A stretch of DNA of 64,000 nt. Source: Dehalococcoidia bacterium. GTDB taxonomy: Bacteria > Chloroflexota > Dehalococcoidia > Plut-88900. Where the stretch lies: contig CBDBLV010000005.1 of NCBI GenBank assembly GCA_965207225.1, positions 1,920,001 to 1,984,000 on the forward strand, read 5' to 3'. Below are positions 10,383 through 20,257 of the stretch, one piece after another. The first letter of the stretch is position 1; the number at the start of each line of letters is the position of its first letter. The notes beneath the pieces were generated by a model. That model worked only from the letters and a program-made list of their open reading frames with translations, did not search any database and was not told the DNA's origin. Made by a program: the position numbers and the translations under genes.

Positions 10383-12425
10383 TCATTGCGCAGGCTGATA
10401 CGTCAGGGCGAGGGGCCTTCTGTGGAGGGAATACGGCGGGGGCAGTATCCACGAGTCGCCCAGGACGCCATGCTCGGCAAGGGTCTCGGTGTTGCTGGTG
10501 ACGATGGGCACGTCGTCCTCTGCGTCGGCGATGTCGAGGAAGGCGGTCTCGCTGTCGGGGGACTCGAAGACGAAGAGCACGTGGGGCAGGTGTCCCTCGT
10601 GGTCTCTCTTTGCCCAGCCGCTGGTGAAATAACGTCGGTAGGACCTCAGGCGTTTGGGGATGCGTTTCGGCGTGGTGGCCCTCCGCTCGAACTCCAGCAG
10701 GTAGGGACGCCACTCGCCCTTGTACTCCAGGGTGAAGGAGGCGTCGGGGTGGATGGCGTAGGCGGTCTGGTCGTGGCGGTATCCGATGCTGGAGCGGTGG
10801 GTGGGAAGCAGGTCGAACAGGTCGTGGTCCGGGGAGTTGGCGACCTCGGCTGAGAGGGCGGAAGCGAAGCCGACGACGCCGGCGTGGTGGCGCAGCTGGG
10901 CGGCCAGGGCGCGCAGGGCTGTCCCGACGTAGACGGAGGGCTTCCTGAGGGTGAGTTCTGGGCTCCAGCGGTCGAGGGTGAGGCCGACGGCGGCCCGGTC
11001 CCGGCGGGCCAGGTGCGTCAGTCCCTCGTCGGTGAGCACGAGGAGGGAGCCGTCCTCCCGCACTAGGCCGTGCTCACGGAGGGCGCGGAGCACCTGGTTG
11101 ACCCGGCGCAGGGTGACGCCGCCCATGAGTCCCGCAAGCTGCTCACGGGTGCACAGGGGCCATGCCGACAGCAGGTCCAGGGCGTCCTTCCCGGCGCGGG
11201 TGAGTTGCGCCGATGGGGATGACGTGAGCTGCTCGCCAGGCTCCGGCATGGCGGCCTTCACACTGGAGGAGTAGAGGTCTTCGAGATCGGGCCTCGGGTT
11301 GTCGCGGAAGGACGAATGGGACGAGTCCAGCAGCCGATCCATCCACGCCAGGATGCTCCCCAGGGACGCGCCAGGGTCTATGAGCACCGGCGGGTCATTG
11401 TCCCGTCCGTCTCCGCACTGTTGCCAGACGGCTCCGGTGTGGTCTCCGGCCAGAAGCTCTCCTTCCGTCGCCGCAAAGGTCCTGCGGTGCTCCGACGGGT
11501 CGCCCAATGAGCGGATGGCCCTTCGGGTGGCCTGGTCAGCATGGGTCAGGACGAGCGTGGCGAACGGCCTCTCGCGGCTGGGGAGATGCTCGACGCTCCT
11601 GAGGCGGTAGCGCAGGTTGGAGGTGGGCAGGGTCGCACCCTGGCGGATGACGCCGATGGAGCGTCCACCGGACAGGGTGACCAGCATGTCGTAGGGGCCG
11701 CTGCGGTAGTGGTCCACGCGCACGGGCTTCTCCTGCGGGTCTGCGTCGGCGATCATGGCGGCGACGCGGTAGAGGACGGCCACGGCGTCCATGCGCTCGG
11801 CCAGCAGCCGGAACCATTGCCTGGACACGGGGTACTCGCTGAGGAAGTAGTCCGTGCCGTGCTCGATCCGCCCTCCGGCGACGATGCCCTGCTTCGTGGG
11901 GAAGTAACGGCGCTGGGGGCGGGAGCCGAGAACGCTCAACTGGTGCGACACGGAGTCCACCAGGCCCCGCTTTGCGAGGTTGCTCAGCCGGTCACGCAAC
12001 GTGGAGGCGGGGACACGTCCGAAGCGGGAGAGCTCGTCCACGGTGGCCAGGGGCGTGGCGCAGACCAGCCGCAGAGCGTCCTCCAGGGTCTCGGACAGGC
12101 GCTTGGGACCGGTCGCCGCTGGGCCGCTGTCCTTCAGCCGCCGCCTGGCCTGCGCTTGGAGTATCAGCCGCTCCTCGGCGTCCTCCACCGCCTCTGGTCT
12201 GTCGCCCACTTGCTCCAGCACCGCGCTGGGGATAGCGCGCCCGGCGTGGCCCCGGTCGAGGAAACGCCACAGGGTGTGGCGGGAGACGCCGAGGGTCTCG
12301 GCCGCCTTGGGCCTGCCATGCAGCACGGCGTAGGTGCGCACGTAGTCCCGGACCGCCCCGTCGAGGTCCGCTCCAGCCTGCGCTGCGCCGTTGACTCTTG
12401 CTTCTTGTGGGTTCGTGACTGCCAA
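10383..12425 (-). CDS. Replication-relaxation (Replic_Relax)-like protein, type A
   Basis: N-terminal HTH, two wHTH modules, C-terminal HH...IHPDA...LLEFER...KRLRSY PD-(D/E)xK-like module; close paralogue at 44711-46756. Confidence 0.75.
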   Translation of the reverse strand: MAVTNPQEARVNGAAQAGADLDGAVRDYVRTYAVLHGRPKAAETLGVSRHTLWRFLDRGHAGRAIPSAVLEQVGDRPEAVEDAEERLILQAQARRRLKDSGPAATGPKRLSETLEDALRLVCATPLATVDELSRFGRVPASTLRDRLSNLAKRGLVDSVSHQLSVLGSRPQRRYFPTKQGIVAGGRIEHGTDYFLSEYPVSRQWFRLLAERMDAVAVLYRVAAMIADADPQEKPVRVDHYRSGPYDMLVTLSGGRSIGVIRQGATLPTSNLRYRLRSVEHLPSRERPFATLVLTHADQATRRAIRSLGDPSEHRRTFAATEGELLAGDHTGAVWQQCGDGRDNDPPVLIDPGASLGSILAWMDRLLDSSHSSFRDNPRPDLEDLYSSSVKAAMPEPGEQLTSSPSAQLTRAGKDALDLLSAWPLCTREQLAGLMGGVTLRRVNQVLRALREHGLVREDGSLLVLTDEGLTHLARRDRAAVGLTLDRWSPELTLRKPSVYVGTALRALAAQLRHHAGVVGFASALSAEVANSPDHDLFDLLPTHRSSIGYRHDQTAYAIHPDASFTLEYKGEWRPYLLEFERRATTPKRIPKRLRSYRRYFTSGWAKRDHEGHLPHVLFVFESPDSETAFLDIADAEDDVPIVTSNTETLAEHGVLGDSWILPPPYSLHRRPLALTYQPAQ

Positions 12426-12610
12426 TCCGATACCTCAACTTGCTGATGTCCCAACATCCCATCTTGAACGGGAAATTGCTCGCATGTAATGCCTTGCAGG
12501 ACGTTGTATTGAGGTGGGATCTGTGATAGAGGCAGGGCCGTGAACCCGATGCCCTGAGCCGCCGCCAGGGTGACGCGGCATTGAGGATGCGGGGCTTGCT
12601 TGATGGCGGT

Positions 12611-12850
12611 TCATCCGCCGGACCCCTTCTCTGACGGCGGCTTCGTGGACGGCGACTCTGCCTTGGGTATCTCACCCCGCAGATGGGCGCGGACGATCAT
12701 CCGGGCCAGGATGCGCAGCCCGCGTTGGAGCTGAGCTCGCTGCTCGGCGGTGTAGGGCTCCATCGGCCTGTCGATGGAGGGATCGGAAGCGTCTCCTCCG
12801 CTCCTCTTCCTTTGCCCGTTCCTTGTATCTTCTCTATTGCTCTCTCTCAT
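12611..12850 (-). CDS. Small conserved backbone protein (GLRILARMIVRAHL motif)
   Basis: Paralogue at 47088-47300 in the same position relative to Replic_Relax type A. Confidence 0.65.
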   Translation of the reverse strand: MRESNREDTRNGQRKRSGGDASDPSIDRPMEPYTAEQRAQLQRGLRILARMIVRAHLRGEIPKAESPSTKPPSEKGSGG

Positions 12851-13759
12851 GGGTCACAGTCGCAGCGGCGGTTCGTCGGGCCGCTGGCCTCTCGTCTACA
12901 GGTGTCCTGGGTGGCCTCCGGGCACAGACGGACCGGCGGGCGGGCTACCGCCCGGTCTTTACGTCAGTGTGGGCGACCGGAATGGCGAGCGTTATCCCCT
13001 GGAAGGGACTACATCGGCGTAGTGGCTTCCAGGGGACTACGCCGATGTATCCAGTGATGGCGAGTCGCAATGGGCCGAGCCCGCCCTCCGGGCTGAGGCC
13101 GGGGAGACCGCGGCGTCACTGGGGTTGTCGGTCTCCCTGTCGAACTCAGCGCCAAGATGTTCACCTCCTGCGGTTTGCTGCGGGTCACCGGACCGCAGCC
13201 CTCGCCAGAGAGTGTGAACGACCGGGACGCCGAAGAAGACCTCACGCATGGTGGCGCCACGGAGGGTCTCCAATCGGGGAGCCGTTTCTTGCAGTGTTGG
13301 GGTGTACAGGAAATGGAGTTTGGTGACGAAGTGGTCGAAGTCGTGATGTCGTAGCTGAATCAGGGGTAAATCGGCCCCTATGGGCTGTAACCGGCAAGCA
13401 ATCTGTTGAAAGGCCCCAGTTCGGTCTCCGATGACAAAGGAGGGCTTGAGGCGGGGGTGTCTACACCGGAGAAAATCGACGGTCCGATGACAAAAGCTGC
13501 CCAAAAATGAGCTTGAGGCGGGGGTGCATTACGCTGGGATGGACGCCGGACGGGACCGGGTGCGGTTCCCGGCGGGATGAGCCGCCCAGGCGGCTGGAGC
13601 TTCGATGTCAGCGCCAACTCGTTTACCTCCCTGCGATTTGCCGCGAACCGTTGGATCGCAGCGCCTGCAAGAGAGTGTGAACAACGGACGGGCGATCCGT
13701 AACCTCCCACGGGCAGGTGCGGAAATGCACCTGTCCGTATGCAGGTGCGAACATGCTCC

Positions 13760-13920
13760 GCCTCCCGAGGGCTTGCGAAGCCTGGGCCGCAGGAAGGGCG
13801 AATGGACATGCGGGTCAGGATGCGCAGCGTCTCTCGCCGCTTGACGGTGTGCGCCGCCGCCGATCCATCCGAAGACGTGGCGACCCTCCTTGATGGCTTC
13901 CTTCTATCGGCCCCTCTCAT
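13760..13920 (-). pseudogene. Degenerate second copy of the small backbone gene
   Basis: MRGADRRKPS...TLRILTRM resembles MSRADRKRPS...GLRILARM. The upstream DNA 13900-14055 aligns with 47280-47435. Confidence 0.55.
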
Positions 13921-14086
13921 CCCGCTCCTCCGTGTCGGTCTCCGGTGGGATTGCAGACTGGCCTTTCCGCCCTTGACGCCGGTTCTGTGGCGTCCTTAGG
14001 CGAGTTTGCGGATCTGGGAGAGCGAGCGGTATCCCTCGGAGGGGATTACATCGATCATTCGCGTGTCCCGTATCGCATGATTTCTA

Positions 14087-14115
14087 TTGACAGAGCTAGT
14101 GAAGCAATATACGCT
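14087..14115 (+). promoter_or_regulatory. Sigma70-type promoter of the HTH/peptidase/Ubl operon
   Basis: TTGACA-17 nt-TACGCT; overlapping direct repeats gctagtgaagc / gctagtaagc. Confidence 0.6.
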
Positions 14116-14161
14116 AGTAAGCGTACACAGAACACTAACCGTGTCATTGTAGGAGTGCGCA

Positions 14162-14512
14162 ATGCCTTTGGGCGACCTGATCAATAGGGGCCGGATAGCC
14201 AAGCAACTCGGTCTACGAGCTCTAGCTAGACAGATTGGCATTGCCCCATCCTACTTGGCTGATATCGAGAATGACCGTAGGGTTCCTTCAGAGGGAGTGC
14301 TCCGCAGTATTTCGGAGACACTTGATCTGGACTTCGACGGATTGATGCAACAGGCAGGACGATTGGGGGAAGGAGTTGAGTATTACCTCCGCCAAGAGAA
14401 GCTAGCAGGTCAGCTTTTCCGCAAAGTGGCCGAAACTAACCTTGACCGAGAGGGTCTCCAGAAGCTCTTGGACAGGCTTGAGCAACTGGGGCCTCCAGAG
14501 GATGAGCAATGA
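14162..14512 (+). CDS. XRE-family HTH regulator (CapH-like)
   Basis: LRALARQIGIAPSYLADIENDRRVP HTH; overlaps the next gene (ATGA). Confidence 0.88.
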   Translation: MPLGDLINRGRIAKQLGLRALARQIGIAPSYLADIENDRRVPSEGVLRSISETLDLDFDGLMQQAGRLGEGVEYYLRQEKLAGQLFRKVAETNLDREGLQKLLDRLEQLGPPEDEQ

Positions 14513-15252
14513 AGGATTACCGAAGCCCAAATGGAGAGCGGCGGCTCTGGTTTGAAGAGAGCGAGATTGAGGAGATCATGACACATGAGCTTCAACAGTG
14601 TGAGATGTTCCCAAGCGCTGCTATTCCTCTGGTGGATGTGGAAGCCTTCTTGGAGTTGCATCTTCAAGTTAGGCTTGACCTATATTGCGAACTACGTCCT
14701 GGTTTGCTGGGAGTCAGCACATTCATCGCCGGGCAGCAGCCCGTGGTTGAAATCAATCGGGACCTCACAGAGCAAGCGAACGAGAATGCCAGCCCAACTG
14801 GGCTTCTAGGGAGGTGGCGGGCCACGTTGGCACATGAGGCCGCCCACGTGATCCTGCATAGACAACTCGTCGAGCGACCACAGGGACAAGGGACACTGTT
14901 CTCTCAAGGGGTGGAATCGAAGGTGGAGACGACTACGACGAGATGCCTAGAACGTCACATCTGGTTTGCCCGGGGCACGGGCGACTGGAAAGAAGTACAG
15001 GCCAATCTGGGAATGGCAGCCTTGCTAATGCCAAGCGGTCCATTCACCGACCTAGCGAGACTCATTGTGGGAGCCAGACCAGCAAACGATCTTCTAGCCT
15101 ATATTCCAGCAAGAGACACGCAAGCGTACGCTGGTCTGATCCGAGAGTTGTCTAGACGATGCCAAGTCTCTCAAGAAGCCGCCGGTATTCGTCTGAGCAC
15201 TCTGGGATTGACTCGTTCTTCGAGTGAACCAATGTTGGGGTTGGCACCATAG
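14509..15252 (+). CDS. ImmA/IrrE-family Zn metallopeptidase (CapP-like)
   Basis: RWRATLAHEAAH (HExxH) and EVQANLGMAALLMP. Confidence 0.88.
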   Translation: MKDYRSPNGERRLWFEESEIEEIMTHELQQCEMFPSAAIPLVDVEAFLELHLQVRLDLYCELRPGLLGVSTFIAGQQPVVEINRDLTEQANENASPTGLLGRWRATLAHEAAHVILHRQLVERPQGQGTLFSQGVESKVETTTTRCLERHIWFARGTGDWKEVQANLGMAALLMPSGPFTDLARLIVGARPANDLLAYIPARDTQAYAGLIRELSRRCQVSQEAAGIRLSTLGLTRSSSEPMLGLAP

Positions 15253-15349
15253 ACTAGAAGGGAGTGTGTATGAGCGGGAGTAGGCGTTGAGAGCAGTGGC
15301 TTAGGGTAGAAGCCGGACGAGCCTTTCCAGAATATCACGGAGGTTTCCC

Positions 15350-15592
15350 ATGACAACAGGAAGGTACGAATTCAAAGTCAACGGGGTTGAGTTCAGGACG
15401 GACACTCCTGAGCTGACTGCATCCCAGATTCTGGCGATTGCCATTGAGGGCAAAGCGGTTCCTAATCCTAAAGGAGCAGACACATACATTCTGCGCGGTG
15501 ACAAGGGTGAGTACCAGGGAGGTACCCGGATTGACCTAACGGTCGACAACGTGTTCATAACCGTGCCGACAGGACCCACGCCTGTGGCATGA
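15350..15592 (+). CDS. Ubiquitin-like (multiubiquitin-type) protein
   Basis: 80 aa beta-grasp pattern FKVNG...LTASQILAIA...IDL...FITVP; sits before E2- and E1-like genes. Confidence 0.75.
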   Translation: MTTGRYEFKVNGVEFRTDTPELTASQILAIAIEGKAVPNPKGADTYILRGDKGEYQGGTRIDLTVDNVFITVPTGPTPVA

Positions 15593-15605
15593 GTGGAGGT
15601 GAGGC

Positions 15606-15983
15606 TTGGCACCCAACGACATAAGTCGGGTCCAGTCAGAACTGGAGGAGTTAGGATACGCTCCTACACTACACAATTGGAAGCATGGTGTCGTTGTCGA
15701 ATTCGACTACACCGTCGAGGTTGGCACTCACACGGGACAGATGTTTAGGCTCGGTATGAGCTTTCAAGAGCAGGGCTATTCGGAATACCCTCCTCACTGG
15801 ATACACGTGAGCCCTCCTGTGGATGATGGCCTGGGTGGTGTACAGGAGCGATACCAAACTGCGGATGGTCGGGAGTGGATTGCCTTAAGCAGACCCCCCA
15901 GCGATATATGGGACAATCTGCCGGTCAAGAACATGAGGCACTACCTTGACGAGCATATACGGCGATTCTGGAGTCGGATGTGA
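15606..15983 (+). CDS. Prokaryotic E2-like conjugating enzyme with no cysteine
   Basis: GYSEYPPHWIHV and WIALSRP motifs of prokaryotic E2 families; operon context. Confidence 0.7.
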   Translation: MAPNDISRVQSELEELGYAPTLHNWKHGVVVEFDYTVEVGTHTGQMFRLGMSFQEQGYSEYPPHWIHVSPPVDDGLGGVQERYQTADGREWIALSRPPSDIWDNLPVKNMRHYLDEHIRRFWSRM

Positions 15984-17446
15984 TCTTTGACGTTGCTATG
16001 CTCGCTGAAGTTGATGGAGTGGCGATAGGTCACTTGCTTCAGCATTACAGGCACGGCGAGGGCCAAGAAGACTTGTGCTTCGCTTTGTGGCGACCATCGA
16101 TAGGGAGCAGTAAGTACTCCGGGATCATCTACCGGGTCATCCTGCCTCAGCATGAAGACCGTGAATTGCACGGCAACGCCAGCTTCCAGCCTGCATACCT
16201 CACTCGGGCTCTTGATATGGCACGACAAGAGAAGGCAGGGTTGGCATTTATGCACAGCCATCCCAGTCAGGGATGGCAGGGAATGAGTGGATCTGATGTG
16301 AGAGCCGAACGAGATGTTCTTGCGTATCCGGCTGGCGCTACTGGACTTCCACTGCTTGGCCTCACTGTCGGTACCGACGGCTACTGGAGCGCTCGATTCT
16401 GGGAGCGGGCCGAGGGAGAGATGATGAGGCGGGAATGTGAGAGGGTCAGAGTTGTAGGAGCCGATTCTTATCGAGTGTACTTCGACAACAGAATTTTCCC
16501 GCCACCTGATCGAAGTGAAGTTCTCAAGCGCACCATCGACACTTGGGGAGAAGAGGCCCAACAGAACATCGCACGCCTGAAGGTAGGGATTGTTGGTTTG
16601 GGAAGCGTGGGATGTATCGTCGCTGAAGGCCTTGCCAGAATCGGCATATCAAGTTTCACACTGATCGACCATGATCTAGTAGAAGAACACAATCTCGACC
16701 GGCTACTATACTCTACGGAACGTGATATCGGGACACATAAGGTTGATTTAGCGAACCGGAAGATACGACGACACGCTACAGCCAAGGACGTCCAAGTAAT
16801 TGCCTTGCCAATGTCGATTCGAGAGCGAACCGCCTACAAGGCAGCCATTGACTGCGATCTACTATTCAGTTGCGTTGACCGTCCAGTCGGGCGAGATGTG
16901 CTCAACTATATTGCTTATACCCATTTGATTCCGGTTATAGATGGGGGCGTGGATGCTGGTCCTCTCAACAGCCATCTTCTCCTAACACACTGGCGGGCTC
17001 ACTTGGTAGGTCCGGGTAATCAGTGCATGCGCTGCATCGGTCAATACAGCACGAGTGATGTCTCAATGGAGTTGGACGGATCACTTGATGACCCTTCTTA
17101 CATTACTGCTTTACCAGCCGAAGTTCGGATGAACAACCAGAATGTATTCCCTTTCAGTCTTGGAGTAGCAAGCATGCAACTGAACTTGATGCTCAGGTAT
17201 ATCCTAGCCCAAGACTGGTGGCCCGCCATCAAGCAACAGGACTATCGATTTGTTACACAAGATATTGGTTTCCCGACCGGAAGTTGCCGCCCAAATTGCG
17301 AGTTTCCTTCACGGGTTGCTTTGGGAGACTCAATTGCTCCATTCTACTTGGTGGAAAAGACAAAGACTCACAGATACTCCCCGAAGTCAATTCTGTATAC
17401 ATGCCTTAGCCGGGTAAGAGCGTTTCTGAGAGGTAGGCGCAACTGA
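15980..17446 (+). CDS. JAB peptidase - ThiF/E1 fusion
   Basis: N-terminal E...HSHP...MSGSD JAB motif; C-terminal GLGSVG, DHDLVEEHNLDR, CMRC/CRPNC. Confidence 0.88.
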   Translation: MIFDVAMLAEVDGVAIGHLLQHYRHGEGQEDLCFALWRPSIGSSKYSGIIYRVILPQHEDRELHGNASFQPAYLTRALDMARQEKAGLAFMHSHPSQGWQGMSGSDVRAERDVLAYPAGATGLPLLGLTVGTDGYWSARFWERAEGEMMRRECERVRVVGADSYRVYFDNRIFPPPDRSEVLKRTIDTWGEEAQQNIARLKVGIVGLGSVGCIVAEGLARIGISSFTLIDHDLVEEHNLDRLLYSTERDIGTHKVDLANRKIRRHATAKDVQVIALPMSIRERTAYKAAIDCDLLFSCVDRPVGRDVLNYIAYTHLIPVIDGGVDAGPLNSHLLLTHWRAHLVGPGNQCMRCIGQYSTSDVSMELDGSLDDPSYITALPAEVRMNNQNVFPFSLGVASMQLNLMLRYILAQDWWPAIKQQDYRFVTQDIGFPTGSCRPNCEFPSRVALGDSIAPFYLVEKTKTHRYSPKSILYTCLSRVRAFLRGRRN

Positions 17447-17506
17447 TAGTGCATACCTATTCCAGTACACTAAGGGCCGGTGGTAGAATACCCTGAGGAG
17501 TATACC

Positions 17507-20257
17507 ATGCCTCCACGTAGGAGATCACCACAATCCAAGCGTCCCATTGAGTCCTATGACCACCGGGACAAGGAAAGACTGAACAACCCACCCGTCGGAC
17601 TAGTCACGCCGGAGACTGACCGGGACGCGGGACGGAAGACCTACGCCTACGACCCCCATCTGGACCCGCAGCTCCAGTGGGCGGGAAAGGCGGAGCATAC
17701 CTCCTTTCAGGTTCCCACGGTCTCTCTCCATGTACACGAGCGCATCGACCCCCGCACCATCATTGAGGCTACCCGCAGGCGCAACGGCAACGGCGCTCCG
17801 GTACAGGGCAGTCTCTTTGAGCTGCCGGAGGAGAACCCCCCGGTCCGCAACGCCATCGAGTTCTACCAGCACCGTCACAACTGGACCAACCGCCTCGTAG
17901 CTGGCGATAGCCTATTGGTGATGAACAGCCTGCTGGGGAAGGAGGGCATGGCCGGCAAAGTGCAGATGGTCTACATCGACCCTCCTTATGGAATCCGGTA
18001 TGGCTCTAACTTCCAGCCTTTCGTGAACCGTCGAGACGTGAAGGATGGCAAGGATGAGGACCTGACCCAGGAGCCGGAAACCATTAAGGCCTTCCGCGAC
18101 ACCTGGGAACTAGGCATCCACTCCTATCTGTCCTATCTACGGGACCGTCTGCTGCTAGCGCGGGAGATGCTAAGTGAGACAGGTAGCGTTTTCGTGCAGA
18201 TTTCCGACGAGAACGTCCATCTGGTTCGAGAACTCATGGATGAGATTCTTGGCCCCGAACAGTTCATGTCTCTTATATCGTTCAGGACAAAGATCCCACT
18301 GAACGCAGCCTTCTTGCCCAATATAGCAGATTTCTTGATTTGGTATGCCAAAGACAAGGATAAGGTAAAGTTCCGACGGTTGTTCACAACTCGTAATTTC
18401 GGTGAGGAAACACAATTCTCTAACGCACAGCTGGAGGATGGCGCTGTAACAAAGGCATCTGAAGTGCCCGAATCTGAAATCGAGTCTACTCGCTACTTCA
18501 CCCTCATTGATCTCATGGCAACCGGTTATACCGAATCATGCCACTTTGAGTTTTTCCTAGAAGGAAGGAGAGCGTACCCCAACCCTACTACAAGCTGGAA
18601 GACTACACCTGAAGGAATGCAGCGACTGATTGCCGCCAACAGGGTCCGATGGCAAAGGACTGTGCCAAGATATGTCTTTTTCGCAGACGACTACCCTGTC
18701 ATGCAAATCACCAACCAATGGACAGATACGCAGGGGGCAGTTGGCAAAACATTCGCCGTCCAAACCTCCTCAAAGGTCATTGAGCGTTGTCTCCTGATGA
18801 CTACCGACCCTGGCGACTTGGTGTTCGACCCTACCTGCGGCTCCGGCACCACCGCCCATGTCGCCGAGCAATGGGGCCGTCGCTGGATCACGTGCGATAC
18901 ATCCCGTGTGGCGATAGCTCTTGCCAAGCAGCGATTGGTGACCGCCCTTTACGACTACTATGAGTTGGCCCATCCAAGCGAGGGAGTGGGTAGCGGCTTC
19001 AACTACAAGACTGTCCCCCACATCACTTTGGGTTCCATCGCTAACAACCCCGACATCAAAGAGGGCATGACCCAAGAGGACATCGACAAGGCCATCGCCC
19101 GCCACGCTCCCCAGGAGACACTGTACGACCAGCCTTTGGTGGACACGGGCAAAAGGCGGGTGACCGGTCCCTTCAGTGTCGAGGCTGTCCCCGCACCGGC
19201 GGTCAAGCCCATCGACGACATTGACGTTGCCGAGCCGCTGCCCGCCGATGACACGGTGGCCCGCTCTGGCGAAACACTGCGCCAGTCAGACTGGCGGGAG
19301 GAGCTGCTAAAGACGGGCATCCGTGGTAAGGCAGGGCAGTTCATTCGCTTCGCCAGGTTGGAGCCTTTGCCGGACCATCGCCATCTACACGCCGATGGCG
19401 AGTCGTTGCCCAACGCCGACGGCGCCCAGAGCATTCGGGAAGGCCCAGCGCGGGCATCACAGCGTGTTGTCGTATCTTTCGGACCTGAGCACGCGCCGTT
19501 GGAGCCGCGTCAGGTGAACCAAGCCTTGCAGGAAGCCGAAACCCTAAGGCCGAGTCCTCGTATCATCGTCTTCGCTGCCTTCCAGTTCGACCCCGAAGCA
19601 GCGAAAGACATCGACGAAACCAACTGGCCCGGCATGACCCTGCTGAAGGCGCAAATGAATGCTGACCTACTCACTGAGGATCTGAAGCGCAAGCGAGCGA
19701 GCAATGAGAGCTTCTGGCTCATCGGCCAGCCGGATGTGCAGGTTGAGGCCATCGCTAATGGTAAAGACGCGGGAAAGCGCCGCGTTAGTGTCCAGGGGTT
19801 CGATTACTACAACACCAAGAGCGGCGATGTGGAGTCGGGTGGACAGGACAAGATAGCGATGTGGATGCTAGACACGGACTACGACGGTCGCAGCCTTTAT
19901 CCTCGGCAAGTGTTCTTTCCCATGTCTGGCAGCAACGATGGATGGACTCGCCTGGTCAGGAACCTCAAAGCGGAGATAGACGAGGAGCTAATCGAGGCTT
20001 ATCGGGGCACCCTATCTCTGCCCTTCGAGCCGGGAGAGAATCGGCGGATAGCGGTCAAGATCATCGACGACCGGGGTATCGAGAGCCTGAAGGTGATTGG
20101 GTTGGACGCCGAACCTAAAGTAACGAAGTCCAGTAGAACTCTGGAGGATATTTTCGTAGCGCGCTTCAATGACATCCCTCAAGAGGAATGGGATCGGCTG
20201 CCGCACGACTTGATTGACAACCTGGATCACTACACCGCTGGCGCGGATCGTCGATGA
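17507..20257 (+). CDS. mod: Type III R-M modification methylase with a C-terminal antitoxin-like extension
   Basis: DPPY motif IV and DPTCGSGTT motif I (beta order); RBS GAGGAG before ATG 17507; extra ~50 aa after DDRGIESLKVI. Confidence 0.9.
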   Translation: MPPRRRSPQSKRPIESYDHRDKERLNNPPVGLVTPETDRDAGRKTYAYDPHLDPQLQWAGKAEHTSFQVPTVSLHVHERIDPRTIIEATRRRNGNGAPVQGSLFELPEENPPVRNAIEFYQHRHNWTNRLVAGDSLLVMNSLLGKEGMAGKVQMVYIDPPYGIRYGSNFQPFVNRRDVKDGKDEDLTQEPETIKAFRDTWELGIHSYLSYLRDRLLLAREMLSETGSVFVQISDENVHLVRELMDEILGPEQFMSLISFRTKIPLNAAFLPNIADFLIWYAKDKDKVKFRRLFTTRNFGEETQFSNAQLEDGAVTKASEVPESEIESTRYFTLIDLMATGYTESCHFEFFLEGRRAYPNPTTSWKTTPEGMQRLIAANRVRWQRTVPRYVFFADDYPVMQITNQWTDTQGAVGKTFAVQTSSKVIERCLLMTTDPGDLVFDPTCGSGTTAHVAEQWGRRWITCDTSRVAIALAKQRLVTALYDYYELAHPSEGVGSGFNYKTVPHITLGSIANNPDIKEGMTQEDIDKAIARHAPQETLYDQPLVDTGKRRVTGPFSVEAVPAPAVKPIDDIDVAEPLPADDTVARSGETLRQSDWREELLKTGIRGKAGQFIRFARLEPLPDHRHLHADGESLPNADGAQSIREGPARASQRVVVSFGPEHAPLEPRQVNQALQEAETLRPSPRIIVFAAFQFDPEAAKDIDETNWPGMTLLKAQMNADLLTEDLKRKRASNESFWLIGQPDVQVEAIANGKDAGKRRVSVQGFDYYNTKSGDVESGGQDKIAMWMLDTDYDGRSLYPRQVFFPMSGSNDGWTRLVRNLKAEIDEELIEAYRGTLSLPFEPGENRRIAVKIIDDRGIESLKVIGLDAEPKVTKSSRTLEDIFVARFNDIPQEEWDRLPHDLIDNLDHYTAGADRR

